Made by a program: the position numbers and the translations under genes. From Malacoraja senta (taxonomy: Eukaryota): a stretch of DNA of 64,000 nt. Positions 44,395-57,262 of this stretch are shown piece after piece (the first letter of the stretch is position 1; each line of letters starts with the position of its first letter). The stretch is taken from assembly GCA_038087875.1 (NCBI GenBank), contig CM075988.1:186001-250000 (forward strand), given 5' to 3'. Below the pieces are notes generated by a model, which was not told where the DNA came from, ran no database searches, and saw nothing but the letters and a program-made list of their open reading frames with translations.

Positions 44395-47300
44395 CTGTTT
44401 TGGTGCTATCCCAGCACTCTGGAGTGAACACATACATGGATCGATGTGACACCCCAAGCCGTAGGGGCAGTCTATTCAGAATCTGCAAGTCATAAATTGA
44501 TGTTATCATGCAAAGGCTGGTTTCCCGAGCCACAGGCTGAACCGGCAAAGTTTAAGTTTAGAATAACCATATATGGTTGCTGTGGCGGCTCCCAAGGGTC
44601 GGGCCATCCTAACTGTCAAACCCCTCGGCACGGGAATGGTTCAGTCCAGAGGCGGCCCTTAACCAGAGGGTTTAAATGCAAGGGTTTGGGTGCCATCTTA
44701 TTCTCGTGGACTTCCCTACAACCTGGAAGGACATAAATAAAGGTGCCTCCCGAAATACCTGGCTCCTTGCTTTCATTTCGGGACCTACGCACCACATTGT
44801 ATTATTATTCCCGACAAAAGCGGGAATCAAAGCTGCATAGGCCAGTCAGACAGTAGGAAAAACCTAAAGCAGGATCTTGATGACTTTATTTGAAGACCCG
44901 ACTAATGAGGCAAAATGGAGGAAGACATAAAAGACCATTCCTCCTCCTTGTAGCGAGAATGTATCTCTCGCCACTTTTATGCCACATATTTTTGCAACCG
45001 GTGAATAAGCATGAAAACAACATATCGATATTCGGTGTTCCATCGAACCAGAATTTCATAAATACTGTATGATCCAACACCCATTTTGTGTTGTCATTGA
45101 TCTGTACTTGATGATAAACCAATGGCGAATGTATTAGTTAAACTATTACAGGATACTTTTACTTGATTGCACCCATGTGACTAACATATGCCACCACCAT
45201 AGTGTATTAACTTGAAGTTGAGCATGCAGATTATGCATATTCGCTCAATCATTCTTTAACCCATAGAATGCACCGAGTGTCTATAGATAGTTGATACCAA
45301 AAACTGAAGATTTGGTAACTCATGCAAATCTCTTCCACCTCCAAACTAGAGATGACATTCGCAATTTTCCACGTTAGAGACCTTAGCATCAGTTTGCAAT
45401 ATAACTGAAAATTTTACTGACCAAACTACTGGAGCAATGCTGAATACAGTTCATCCATCATTGTGACTTTGGTAGCTTCAGCTGGTAATAGCATAGGTGT
45501 GTTACCAATGACCTACATGGCACTTGAGAGGTTGCCACTTTGCACAATGTCAGTTCTCCCACCTGCACAGCTGAATCACAGCTACTATATTGCCAATTAC
45601 TCTTGATGAATAGAAGGCTGCTTTATAACAAGGCTGTTACAGGTTTCTATTAACTCCAATCTCTTGCCCCAGGGCGGAGTCATAGGCTAATTAATAGTTA
45701 AAGGTAAATCCCAATGACCAACAAGTCTATGTGGTAACAACTTAAATTTAACTGGATAGAGGAGCCCAATTTCTCAAATATAGTTTGAGGCTGAAACAGT
45801 TGATTTTAGCAAAAATGCAGCGTTAAAATATCATCCAGTCAAGATAACAAGTGTTTTTGAACTCTGAGTAGTCCACTTTGCAATGCTTTACTGTTATCAT
45901 TACTGTTATCATACTGTTATCATTGCCTCATCATAGCAATTACCTCCTCCTGATAATTTCAAATATCTCAGATGATCACTGTAAATGGGAACACCCTATG
46001 AAATCAGTTGTTAATCAGTAACGAAGTTTCCTATTCGGAAAAGTTTATACTGCACATGCGCGTTAAACAACATTCTCCATCTTTCATAATGAACAGGCCA
46101 CGCCTGCTATCATTTCGTGCCTGCCTCGAATGACAACTCTGGCCCGATTTCCGTGCCTGTCTTCAAAGACAATCCTGGCCATAATACTGAGCCTACCTCA
46201 TAATTCTGAACCTGCCTCTAAAGACAACTCTGGCCATAATTCTGAGCCTGCCTCGAAAGACAACTCTGGCCATAATTCTGAGCCTGCATCGAAAGACAAT
46301 TCTGGCCACAATTCTGAGCCTGCCTCGAAAGACAACTCTGCCCATATTTCCGAGCCTGTCTCGAAGGCAATCCGGGCCAAAATACTGGGCCTGCCTCAAA
46401 ACCCAATTCTGGCCCCAATTCCAAACCTGCTTGGAATGCTAGCATTGTCCAGTTTTACATGGTTAGATGCCGCTAAGTAGATGACAATGTCTTAACCATT
46501 TGTGTAATGTACAACCAAGTGTAAATATTACCAACTTGTAAGTGGTCCACTTACCCCATGTTTCGGAAGTGCCAGACCTATCTATCTCCCTGGTTACCTT
46601 AGTTGAAGAGTAGAACTGGTAGGGTGCGTGGAACCTCTGCCCAGCTTTCATGCTGCCACCAGCTTCAGTGAACCGCTTACTGCCGATGAACATGTGTGGT
46701 GCATTGTCGCCGAAACGATGAAGCTTTGCTCGTCGTTGGTACGTTGATTGGTCCGACAGCTTTTGCTTTGTCCTCCAGGTTTTGCCTGTTGAACAGGTCT
46801 TACCTGAATAGAAGATTCGGCGGCTGGCTCTAATGTCCCCCTGATAGCGCTGTTCACTGCCTGCACGCATGTGCTCCAGTATGTTCAACGGACATACTTT
46901 AGAATTTGAAGTCAGCTACATACTGACCACTCGCATCCCCTCCTCAAAGAGTGCGAATCGTAGGCAGCGCTGAAACAGGTGCTGCCGCAGGCCCCTGAAG
47001 ATACCTGCGCTGATATGGCCCTTCCAACGGACCTATACCAGGATGGAACATTTTTTCCCTGATTCTGTTGGGATGGCAAACCTTGCTGCCAGGAATGGTA
47101 CCTCTGACATGTGCCCTTCATCCCTTGGGGTATGCTCCATGGCTATACCCTCAGACTCGGCGTCAGAATTACACTGACCCGGCATGCTCTCCTCCTCCAC
47201 GAGGGAGACATTAAGCAGCCCTGTCCCAGGTGCTGCTGGCGCGGGCTCTCCCATAGGCCGGCGCTGACACAACTCCTGCTGTTGGAGCGTATCTAGGTGG

Positions 47301-47885
47301 AGCATCCTGTCCATTAGGAGCTCCATCCAGGACAACCGTCCAAATATATTATGCATTACCGGAGGGGAACCCTCCCGGCCCGACTCGTCCGAGTCCATAG
47401 GGCTGACCGATTTATTGGTGGTTTTACCCCATGACCTGGGGACCACTGTGGTCTGTGAGCCGCTGACCGCACTGCCATCGACTCTGGTGGTGATACCGCC
47501 TTCCTCCTGGATTTACCCCTCCACGGGGAACACAGCGGTCTGGAAGCCACTGGGATCTGGGAATCAATGACTGGGATCGCGAACCCGTCATCCGCCGGGT
47601 ATCCGCTTCCGCGGTCGGAACCGGGGTCTCCCCCCAGCCCATAGCCGGTTTCCCTCACCATACTTCGCGACAATATCCAGCAGGAAAACTCTGCAAAAAG
47701 AGTTTCCTGCATAAAATCAGAACCTGGTAAGAAATACAAAACTTACCTGTAGGTTTAAACTTACCGCTGGGAGGAGTGACGCGCCTGCCAGTCCGGTGCT
47801 TCGCCATGCGAACGACGATATGACGCGCATGCAGACTGGTGGGGCTTCTTCGCGGATTCACTCACGTGACACCGAAGTAAAATTA
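44395..47885 (-). mobile_element. Degenerate DIRS-type (tyrosine recombinase) retrotransposon
   Basis: Minus-strand remnants: LDDIL/IFEKLG (RT, ~45770-45850), VVAYVSHMG (RNase H, ~45170-45200), INDNTKWVL..GTPNIDM..PPFCLISRV..DWP (DIRS methyltransferase-like segment, ~44830-45110), CRF* followed by a recombinase-like start (~44400-44490). A gag-like region lies at 46.5-47.7 kb and a terminus-like TTACTTCGGTGTCACGTGAGTG at ~47858-47880. Boundaries approximate. Confidence 0.7.
46130..46430. repeat. 36-bp minisatellite (GACAACTCTGGCCATAATTCTGAGCCTGCCTCGAAA)n
   Basis: About four well-conserved copies at ~46195-46345 with degenerate flanking copies. Confidence 0.9.
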
Positions 47886-48110
47886 TGCATTGGTCTTTCA
47901 ATATATGTTCTGGATTTATATATTAATTATTCAATATTCAACCGACCCTTAGTGTTCCTACTACCTGTCCCTCATATTAATTTATTACTGGAGGTCATTA
48001 CCTCGAGTACTCGAGGTTATCCATTCTTTGGATTGCTTTTTGCCGCTCTGGCATTGTTTCCCACAACAACGTTTTTATTAACTGCGATGCCATCAGCAGG
48101 GCCATATAAT

Positions 48111-49742
48111 TAGACAATAGACAATAGACAAAAGACACTAGGTGCAGGAGTAGGCCATTCGGCCCTTCGAACCAGCACCGCCATTCAATGTGATCATGAC
48201 TGATAAACCCCAATCAGTACCCCGTTCATGCCTACTCCCCATATCACCTGACTCCGCTATTTTTAAGTGCTCTCTCTTGAGAGTATCCAGAAAACCTGCC
48301 TCCACCGCCATCTGAGGCAGAGAATTCCACAGACTCACCACCCTCTGTGAGAAAAAAGTGTTTCCTCGTCTCCGTTCTAAATGGCTTAATCCTTATTCTT
48401 AAACTGTGGCCCCTGGTTCTGGACTCCCCCAACATCGGGAACATGTTTCCTGCCTCTAGCATGTCCAAGCCCTTAACAATCTTATATGTTTCAATGAGAT
48501 CACCTCTCATCCTTCTAAACTCCAGAGTGTACAAGCCCAGCTGCTCCATTCTCTCAGCATATCACAGTCCCGCCATCCCGGGAATTAGCCTTGTAAACCT
48601 ACGCTGCACTCACTCAATAGCAAGAATATCCTTCCTCAAATTAGGGGACCAAAACTGCACACACTACTCCAGATGTGGTCTCACTAGGGCTCTGTACAAC
48701 TGCAGAAGGACCTCTTTGCTCCTATATTCGATTCCTCTTGTTATAAAGGCCAACATGCCATTCGCTTTCTTCACTGCCTGCTGTACCTGCATGCTTACTT
48801 TCATAGACTGATGTACAAGGACCCCCAGATCCCGTTGTACCTCCCCTTTTCCCAACTTGACGCCATTTAGATAGTAATCTACCTTCCTGTTTTTGCTACC
48901 AAAGTGGATAACCTCACATTTATCCGCATTAAACTTCATCTGCCATGCATCTGCCCACTCCCCCAACCTGTCCAGGGTGCTGCATTCTCATGGCATCCTC
49001 CTCACTGTTCACACTGCCACCCAGCTTTGTGTCATCTGCAAATTTGCAAATGTTACTTTGAATCCCTTCATCAACAAATCATTGATGTATATTGTAAATA
49101 GCTGAGGTCCCAGCACCGAGCCTTGCGGTACCCTACTAGTCACTGCCTGCCATTCTGAAAGGGACCCGTTAATCCCTACTCTTTGTTTCCTGTCTGCCAA
49201 CCACTTCTCTATCCATGTCAGCATTCTACCCCCAATACCATGTGCCCTCATTTTTCCCACCGAGCAAATTTCTTATGGTCCCTATGTGGGACCTTAACAA
49301 ATGCTTTCTGAAAGTCCAGGTACACTACATCCACTGGCACTCCCTTGTCCATTTACCTAGTTACATCTTCAAAAAATTCCAGAAGATTAGTCAAGCATGA
49401 TTTCCCCTTGGTAAATCCATGCTAACTCGGACCGATCCTGTTATTGCTATCCAAATGTTCGGCTATCTCATCTTTTATTATTGACTCCAGCATCTTCCCC
49501 ACCACCGATGTCAGGCTAACTGGTCTATAATTCCGTTTTCTCTCTCCCGCCTTTCTTAAAAAGCGGGATAACATTAGCTACCCTCCAATCCACCGGAACT
49601 GATCCTGAGTCTATAGAACACTGGAAAATTATCACCAATGCATCCACGATTTCTAGAGCCACTTCCTTAAGCACCCAGGGATGCAGACCATCAGGCCCTG
49701 GGAATTTATCAGCCTTCAGTCCCATCAGTCTATCCAACACTA
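48111..49742 (-). mobile_element. CR1 LINE, 5'-truncated, RT region to 3' tail
   Basis: [48 protein letters not shown], and a (CTATTGT)n tail at ~48111-48135. Confidence 0.93.
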
Positions 49743-50129
49743 TTAGTATTATACAAGAACGATCAAATGTGCTCTGAAACTAAAGGATTGATATTTAATG
49801 ATGGTAAACACATCGTTCCACGGATATAATTTCTACTGGAGCCTAATTACAAAGGAATGTATTTATATTTTATAAAAATATATTGCAACATGTCACATTT
49901 CCAAATGTCTTGCTACAGTCAACAGTCAGAAGCTTCTTTCCAGAATGAAAATGTCAAAGAATAGAAGGCATTGCTTTAAAGTAAGTGGGGCAAAGTTTAA
50001 ATGAGATGTGCAAGACATGTTTTGTTTAACAACGTTGCTTTGGTAAACGGAATACGGGGTTGGAAGATTAATGTACGATGAAGATGAAAGAGGCAGGGTG
50101 ACTGGGCGGGAGTGACTGTGATGGGCTGG

Positions 50130-50250
50130 GGAAGAATGGGTAAGAGGACAGAGTCTTAGGGAGTCTTGCTTGAAATTTGAGAAAATATTGTTCATTGTTT
50201 AGCTACCCAAGCAGAGTTATAGGCGCTGCTCCTCAAATTTGCGTGGGCGT
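50130..50250 (-). mobile_element. Penelope-like element fragment (end of GIY-YIG ORF)
   Basis: Minus strand reads RKFEEQRL..LG..MNNIFSNFK, resembling the C-terminus of Penelope-like ORFs. Short and degenerate. Confidence 0.5.
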
Positions 50251-52154
50251 TAGTGTACGGGGTGTTTGCTCTGTCCTTGTGGAATCGGTGGTTCGAATGG
50301 CCGGTTTCCGCGTTGTATCTATAAACTAAGCAAATACGGTGCTGTGATTGGTGATGTCCCGGGGCTGTCACCCCTGTTTACGAAGTGGTTCCAAATCAGA
50401 TGATGTTTAGCAAACGCTGACATCTGGGGACGTTTGTTAAACGGGGGATGTGACATCGCTATCTGGTAATGATTTGGTGAGTCACGGGCAACGCTGTAGA
50501 CAACGTGACTCTGGCATTACCGCGGGGTCGCCTTATTCTCAATATCCTGCCATTGACTTTTAGCAGCATTTACATAAATTGACTGTGCCGTGGGAATCGT
50601 GAGCTCGACGTTATTGGTATTCAGCAGCGTATAACTACAAGCTATGTTCCAATGCGGATGCTCGAAGCAATATTTTACCACTGCTACTTGAGATTGTTTG
50701 CCATTGTAGAAAGCGAAACTGCACTGACGGCATTGGTCGGGTTTGCAACTCAGCTGTTGTTGGTGAATGACCTGAACCTATAGTATTGTCTGCATTTGTT
50801 ACATTCGATGCCTTGATCTGAATCATTGAGGGTGCAGCGCACTTCACTCGGCTCTAATATCAACTATGGGAGATGAAGTTTGAGCAGTGGATACTGCCCG
50901 TAGTAATATGTGACTGTGGTCCAAAATCGTTAGTGCAGACATGGCCATTGTTTATACCCTTAGTTCCAAAACCACGGTTCTGGTTAATCGCTTGTCATTA
51001 CTATTACTAGATTCGAGCAGACATTTCGAACATTGACGGGCCAGCACCATCAAACAACCTACTGTGCACACGCAGCTTGAAACGGCGATCAATCCTCAAT
51101 CTTTTTAATTCCAGAAACATACAAGTTGCAGTTCAGTGCGGACTCGTGGTCCGAAGGTCAGATTCTGCCCTATGTGACTGTAATATCGGGAATGCCGTTC
51201 TGATGCCAAGCAGCGAAGTATCCATGTTCCATCTATCCATCACCGTGACTAAATCATGTCTTGATTGAATACACAGTACTCTAACTCACCCTGGAGATTA
51301 ATTTCATTCGATGTTTATGCTAACCCAACCCAATTTAATGCTAAAACGATGGACTTCGCCTTGATTATTATTCGCACTGTTCGCTGCCGAACTGCGTGAA
51401 CTGTGAGCATTGCCGGCGCGTCCAGTCTCCATCTGAACCATCGTCCACGACTCTCTCCACGACCTTCGTCCCTAAACGCGCTTTGCATGAATGAACTTAT
51501 CTGCTTACGCAGACTACACGGACGCACCCTGAAATCACCAGCCTTTGTTTAACTGACTGTTGACGATTACCAGTGTTACGTCCAGCAGAAACCAGAACGG
51601 ATGTCAGGATTGAGAAATACAAATAAATGTATCTGAATGAGTTCTTCCAAATCATTGTGAAATAATATAACGTTAACCATGAACGTAATAAATTTATTAA
51701 AGAGTATTGGTGGTACAACACATAACGTGAGATGTGTAGGATTCGCATTCAGTCGACATACTCTATTGGTTGTTCAATAATTATGAGAAAATATAACACT
51801 GGTCCACTAATGAAAGTCCTACATTGTGCAAAATTAACTTTGATGGCATTACAGGAGCTTGCAATATTTGATTGTGAGGCTGATATTGATAAGGGCAACT
51901 TTGGTAAATGGGTTTCAAAGTGCGATACGGATACGTTATAGACACCGGTTTACTGGTAGGGCGAAGGGTCTGCTTACAGAACCCCGATTGGCGAAGGATA
52001 TTGAGATTCTGGCTATAGAAAACGTGTCAGGTATAAGTCGCTGCCATCAATCCAATTCATTGAAGAGTACAAAAGGATGCATGCCCTTGGTAATGAAATT
52101 GGGAGGGTAACGGGGTAATGTGATATCCCTGAGAGTTAAGACAAAAGAGAATCC

Positions 52155-53055
52155 TAACATGAGCAAATTTGTAGATGACACCAAGCTGGGTGGCAGTGTG
52201 AACTGTGAGGAGGATGCTATGAGAATGCAGGGTGACTTGGACAGGTTGGGTGAGTGGGCAGGTGCAGTTTAATGTGGATAAATGTGAAGTTATCCACTTT
52301 GGTAGCAAAAACAGGAAGGAAGAGTATTACCTAAATGGTCTCGTTGGAAAAAGGGGAGGTACAACGGGATGGGGGGGGGGGGTCCTTGTTCACCAGTCAA
52401 TGAAAGTAAGCATGCAGGTACAGCAGGCAGTGAAGAACCCGAATGGCATGTTGGCCTTCATAACAAGAGGAGTTGAGTCTAGGAGCAAAGAGGCCCTTCT
52501 GCAGTTGTATAGGCCCTAGTGAGACCACACCTGGAGTATTATGCGCAGTTTTGGTCTCCAAATTTGAGGAAGGACAATCTTGCTATTGAGGGAGCGCAAC
52601 GTAGGTTCACAAGGTTAATTCCCGGGCGAGACTGTCATATGCTGAGAGAATGGAGCGGCTGGGTTTGTATACTCTGGAATTTAGAAGGATGAGAGGAGAT
52701 CTTATTGAAACATATAAGATTATTAACGGTTTCGTCACGTCAGAGGCAGGAAACGTGTTCCCGATGTTGGGGGAGTCCAGAACCAGAGGCCACTGTTTAG
52801 GAAAGGGGGTAAGCCATTCAGAGCGGAGATGAGGAAACTTTTTCACAGAGAGTTGTGAGTCTGTGGAACTCTCTGCCTCAGAGGGCGGTGTAGGCTGGTT
52901 CTCAGGGTACTTTCAAGAGAGAGCTAGATAGGGCTCTTGAAGATAGCGGAGTCAGAGGATATGGGGAGAAGGCAGGAACGGGGTACTGATTGTGGATGAT
53001 CAGCCATGATCACATTGCATGGCGGTGCTGGCCTGAAGGGCCGAATGGATTCTAT
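52155..53055 (+). mobile_element. CR1 LINE 3' portion
   Basis: FVDDTKLGG, FNVDKCEVIHFG, RMRGDLIETYKII, and a 3' UTR shared with the other CR1 copies (GATGATCAGCCATGATCAC..GAAGGGCCGAATGG). Confidence 0.92.
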
Positions 53056-53954
53056 GAATATATTTGAAGCAAACATTAACGTTCGAAAAGGGGGATCGAA
53101 GTGATCAACTTTGAGTGGAGCTTGAATCTATTAAGGAGCAGAATTTTCCTGAGCCATCGAGACATTGGGAAGAAAGAGATGTTACCGCTCTTGAAGTTGA
53201 TGAATTGCCGGGCATGAGTGGATGCAAGCTCTGACGTCGTGGGAGGCAAGGGAAATAATTGTTGTGGCCCTCGTAGAGAATCTGATGTGCCGGGGTCAGG
53301 TAAAATTTGAATTGACATCTAGACAGTTACAAAGATAGTAAAAATTCTGAAGGGCATGGGGCAAACTAGGACAAGTGGGATCACCTTATCACACACATTG
53401 CTCAACGTGGGTGAGTTGGACCGAGGGGTTGGTTTCTGTGTTGAATAGATCTGTGACTCTGGGACCTTATTAGGACCAAAGGTGATATATCTTCCCCAGC
53501 ATTCCACACACACCATTTCCCCCCCCCCCCCCCAATATTCCCAGCTACTGATCCCACACCTTCCCACCTGCTCGCACTTACCACACAGCTTCCTATCAGA
53601 CCCCTTCCCCTCTAATCACACGCATCCTCACCAGTCCTCATTAAAGCCTAATTTCTGCACGAGCGCCCACTAACTTCACATCTCCCCAGCAGTCCCTCCT
53701 GATCCAATAGTTACCCCACGGGGTCGCTCTCACTGAACCCACACTTACTCCACCCGCTCCTACTGATCCCACACTCCCCCCATCTGATCCCACTGATTCC
53801 CACTCCCCACACCGGCTCACACATTTCCTCCAGCGGCTCCCACACTTCCCACAACTGATCCCACTGACCCCATACTGTCACCACTAAACACACGACTTCT
53901 CATCCATTCCGATTCTTGACACATTACTCCGCGTGCTCCCACTCACCCTGTCAT

Positions 53955-53960
53955 TTTATT
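53955..53960 (-). terminator. Candidate polyadenylation signal of the SLC43A3-like gene
   Basis: AATAAA on the minus strand ~365 nt after the stop codon, followed by G/T-rich sequence. Confidence 0.5.
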
Positions 53961-54325
53961 ACTATCGTCTACTGCCCTAACCCCGCAAGAAACTCCATCG
54001 ATCACATATCTCCTCCACCAGGGTGCACTGGCGTCGCGGCTTTCCCACCGCTTGGACTAAGTCAATCTTTTCGTCTACAGCTCCTTCCTTTCGACCCCGT
54101 CCCTACCTACCACAACTCCCTCTCTCTCACACCTCTCCCACTAAGTCGTGCTAACTTACCCTTCTCCGACCACAAGCGTCTACTGATCGTATCATGCCCC
54201 ATTTGTACGTCGACACTTCCCAACGCTGCAGCGCAAGCATCTGCAACTGAACCCAGTTTCCATGAGGAAAGCCCATTGTCTCCGAACCCTAGGCCAGACG
54301 TATATTCCGTGTGCGTCTCTCCGCC

Positions 54326-54424
54326 TCACTGAGATCTCTTCAATCTTTCCCTTCGACACCAAAAGTGGACGGTGAGTGGATGGGCGAAGGCCAACGTCAC
54401 CAGGATGAGAAACCCTAAGTTAAG
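54326..54424 (-). CDS. SLC43A3: SLC43A3-like (equilibrative nucleobase transporter, SLC43/MFS) last coding exon
   Basis: Acceptor tttctatctgacag|, phase 0, LNLGFLILVTLAFAHPLTVHFWCRRERLKRSQ*. Matches the last TM helix of SLC43A3 (xNxxFxxxxxLxFxHPxxVxxxCR). Confidence 0.85.
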   Translation of the reverse strand, partial: LNLGFLILVTLAFAHPLTVHFWCRRERLKRSQ

Positions 54425-55019
54425 CTGTCAGATAGAAACATAACAAGGTAGAGTCTGCATCAATGGTTGGGAATTGGCAGCCGGAGTTGTCCATTCGGAC
54501 ATTTTAGACTTCATCAAGGTTAGCGTCATTATCTTCACATCCGACAAAACTGTATTTCAGATTAATCCAGCGATTAATTTGAACCCCTTTGCTTCCGGGG
54601 GTTCTAACAGTACTTCGCTCTTTGAGTGAACATATTTCTGCTCACCTCAGTCTCAGATGCCATTGGGCCGCTATTTATTATGTTTCCTACGTCCCCATCA
54701 GTCGGTGAAAACATCATCGGCATATCTAAACTACGTTCAAATTCCCTACAGGCAATACCGAGAACCAAGTATCTGCCAAGTATATCCTAGAATTTAAAAA
54801 AAAAACTTTTGCAGATTCTGGAAATCTGAGACAGGCAAATGGTGGAATCACTGAAGATTCGGCAACGCCATTTGGATTTAAATTGTGCAATGGGCGGTGC
54901 GAGACAGCTATGACAAGCGAAACCTGGCTGTGAGGGTAAGGCCGAGGGTTACGAAGCCGTCTGATTACTAGGCTCATGGGGAAAAAACAAATGGATCGGA
55001 CAGGAAACTGAGAAAAATC

Positions 55020-55220
55020 AGAGAATCTTGGAAACGTATAGCAAGTCAGACAGCATATCGGAGAGAGAAACAGTGGGCGTTATGGGTCCAGGACACTTCA
55101 TCGGAAACGCCGAAACGTCATCCATTCCTTCTATCCAGAGATGCTGCCTGTCCCGCTGAGTTACTCCAGCAATTTGTGTCTATCTTTGCTGTAAACCTGC
55201 ATCTGCAGTTCCTTCATATA
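55020..55220. repeat. Two oppositely oriented copies of a Penelope-type terminal repeat
   Basis: Plus copy CCGAAACGTCATCCATTCCTTCTATCCAGAGATGCTGCCTGTCCCGCTGAGTTACTCCAGCA (~55110-55175), an older minus copy at ~55020-55105, and a further minus relic at ~63715-63795. Confidence 0.55.
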
Positions 55221-55264
55221 CTCATCGAAACTGAGAATACAGCTGAAAGAAGTTAGTTTCCAAT

Positions 55265-55315
55265 AGTTTAGTTTAGTTTATTTTAGTTTAATTAGTTTAG
55301 TTTCGTTTAGTTTAG
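55265..55315. repeat. (TTTAG)n microsatellite, probable retroposon tail
   Basis: AGTTTAGTTTAGTTT... The same unit forms SINE/LINE tails elsewhere in the window (57318-57350, 58155). Confidence 0.8.
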
Positions 55316-55449
55316 AAACAAACCTATTTCAACAGTTTTGATGAAGCGGCCTGGAAAGAACCTGGGAATACAGTTGAAACAAGTTAGTTTCCAACAGTGG
55401 GGACGAGGCGTGGAGGAGTATGTTGGGTCGAACAAAGGAAATTTTAGTG

Positions 55450-55902
55450 ATATAGAGTGCAGGAGTAGGCCATTCGGCCCTTCGAGCCAGCACCGCCATT
55501 CACTGTGATCATGGCTGATTATCCACAATCAGAACCCCATTCCTGCCTTCCACCCATATCCCTTGACCGCTATCTTTAAGAGTTCCATCTCTCTCTCTCT
55601 TGAAACCATCCAGAAAATTGGCCTCCACTGCCTTCGGCAGAGAATTCCACAGATTCACAACTCTCTGGGTGAAAACGTTTTTCCTCATCTCCGTTCTAAA
55701 TGACCTACCTCTTATTCTTAAACTGGCCCCTGGTTCTGGACCCACCCAACATCGGGAACATAATTCCTGCCTCCAGCGTGACCAATCCCTTAATAATATT
55801 TTATGTTTCAATAAGATCTCCTCTCATCCTTCTAAATGCCAGTGTATACAAGCCCAGTCGCTCCATTCTTTCAACATATTGCAGTCCCGGGAATTAACCT
55901 GG
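55450..55902 (-). mobile_element. CR1 LINE 3' fragment
   Basis: VFTQRVVNLWNSLP and the CR1 3' UTR also seen at 48135-48590 and 61910-62360. Confidence 0.9.
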
Positions 55903-55934
55903 GAGAGAGAAGAGAGAAAGAGAGAAAGAGAGAA

Positions 55935-56026
<92 letters not shown>

Positions 56027-56082
56027 AAAGAGAGAGAGAGAGAGAGAGAGATTTGTCCCTCTCTCTATATCTCTCTCTATGT

Positions 56083-56154
<72 letters not shown>

Positions 56155-56160
56155 GTGTAT
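55903..56160. repeat. Compound microsatellite (GA)n then (TG)n
   Basis: (GA)n at ~55903-56050 and (TG)n at ~56080-56158. Confidence 0.97.
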
Positions 56161-56708
56161 ATTTCATGTGTATTTGTGTGTGTATATTTCAATGGTATTT
56201 CAACCCCCCCCCCCCAATATGTGTGTGTGTGGGGGGGGGGGGTTTGAAATATCATTGACAATCCAAAGATAGAACAGAAGAATTTGGGAAATAATGGTTA
56301 GGGGACTACAATTGGAGGACACGGTATAAAATGCTGAAGGCTGCAATATGCCACACGAAGGATGTTGGCGGGAGGAAAAGAAGCAACGCTTCTTAAAACA
56401 TAAAAACTTAAAACATGGAAATACAACAGATCAACAGGTCCATCGACCCATAATGTTACTTGAAACTAATCCTATCTTCCCATACATAATCCATAACCCT
56501 CTATTCCCGTCTTCATTGCGTGTCTGTCATCCCTGGTTTATCAGACCGCAACTCGATCTTCAATTCTTAATCCATGACAAATCATTGCCAGTAGCAACCC
56601 ACCCCCGCAGCATATCCAAGCACCGTATACTCGTTCGGGAGAATTAATCGGAAGTGTTCTGAATATGTAACTTTGATTGCCTCCACTAACTATTTTCATT
56701 CCGTCAGA

Positions 56709-56990
56709 GGGCAGTACAGTGTCTCAGATAGTTGCGCCGTTGACTGACAGCGCCAGAGACCTGGGCTTGAATTTGAGCTCCAGTTCTGTCTGTGAAGATT
56801 GCACGTTCTATTGTGGGTTTTCGCCACATGCCCCCATTTCCTCCGACACCAACACCATGCGCTGCAAAATGCCCCTCTTGTGTGTTTGGGAGAATCTATG
56901 AAGGAATCTGAGGAAGATTGATACTCCATTAGTGTAAATGTTTGTTTGATGGTCGGCACTGACTTGAGGGTTAGTCGGGCTCTATCAAAT
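56709..56990 (+). mobile_element. Degenerate tRNA-derived V-SINE (HE1-like)
   Basis: GGGCAGTACAGTG..ACAGCGCCAGAGACCTGGG head followed by the V-domain-like TTGCACGTTCT..GTGGGTTTTC..TTTCCTCC. Confidence 0.65.
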
Positions 56991-57138
56991 ATAGCATGCT
57001 AGATTGTCCAAGTTGTATCAATGATGGGATAAAGTGACATTACTCGCGTTTCTTCGATTATGGGATTTGGGATAGAGGGTTGCTGGGCACAGGGCTGTCT
57101 GGGGAACATTTCTAAGTCCGTTTCTCTCCGATACTTAC

Positions 57139-57262
57139 GTACAATGGGTCACCCCGCAAGGGTCCGCTGACGAGGATGGCGCACGGATACTGGAGTAGGG
57201 AGACGACTCCGGCCAGAGCTTGTGTTATTCCGTAAAGCTTCCCGAAGTGGCACGCGGGAAAC
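57139..57262 (-). CDS. SLC43A3: SLC43A3-like penultimate coding exon (124 bp)
   Basis: ctcctcctctcacatcag| ... |gtaagt. Phase 2 start matches the previous exon. Encodes FPACHFGKLYGITQALAGVVSLLQYPCAILVSGPLRGDPLY (SLC43 FPxxHFGKLxG..SLLQxP motif). Confidence 0.92.

Noticed and set aside
53480..53900. C-rich Pro/His ORFs
   Set aside because: Low-complexity sequence downstream of the gene's probable poly(A) site, with no recognisable domain.
54430..54600. IgV-like peptide (YSFVGCEDNDANL..NVRMDNSG) on the minus strand
   Set aside because: It contains a stop, has no supporting exon structure, and lies in the SLC43A3-like last intron just upstream of the acceptor.
55600..56272. ORFs with ER/CV/HT/SL repeats
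   Set aside because: These are translations of (GA)n and (TG)n microsatellites and antisense CR1.
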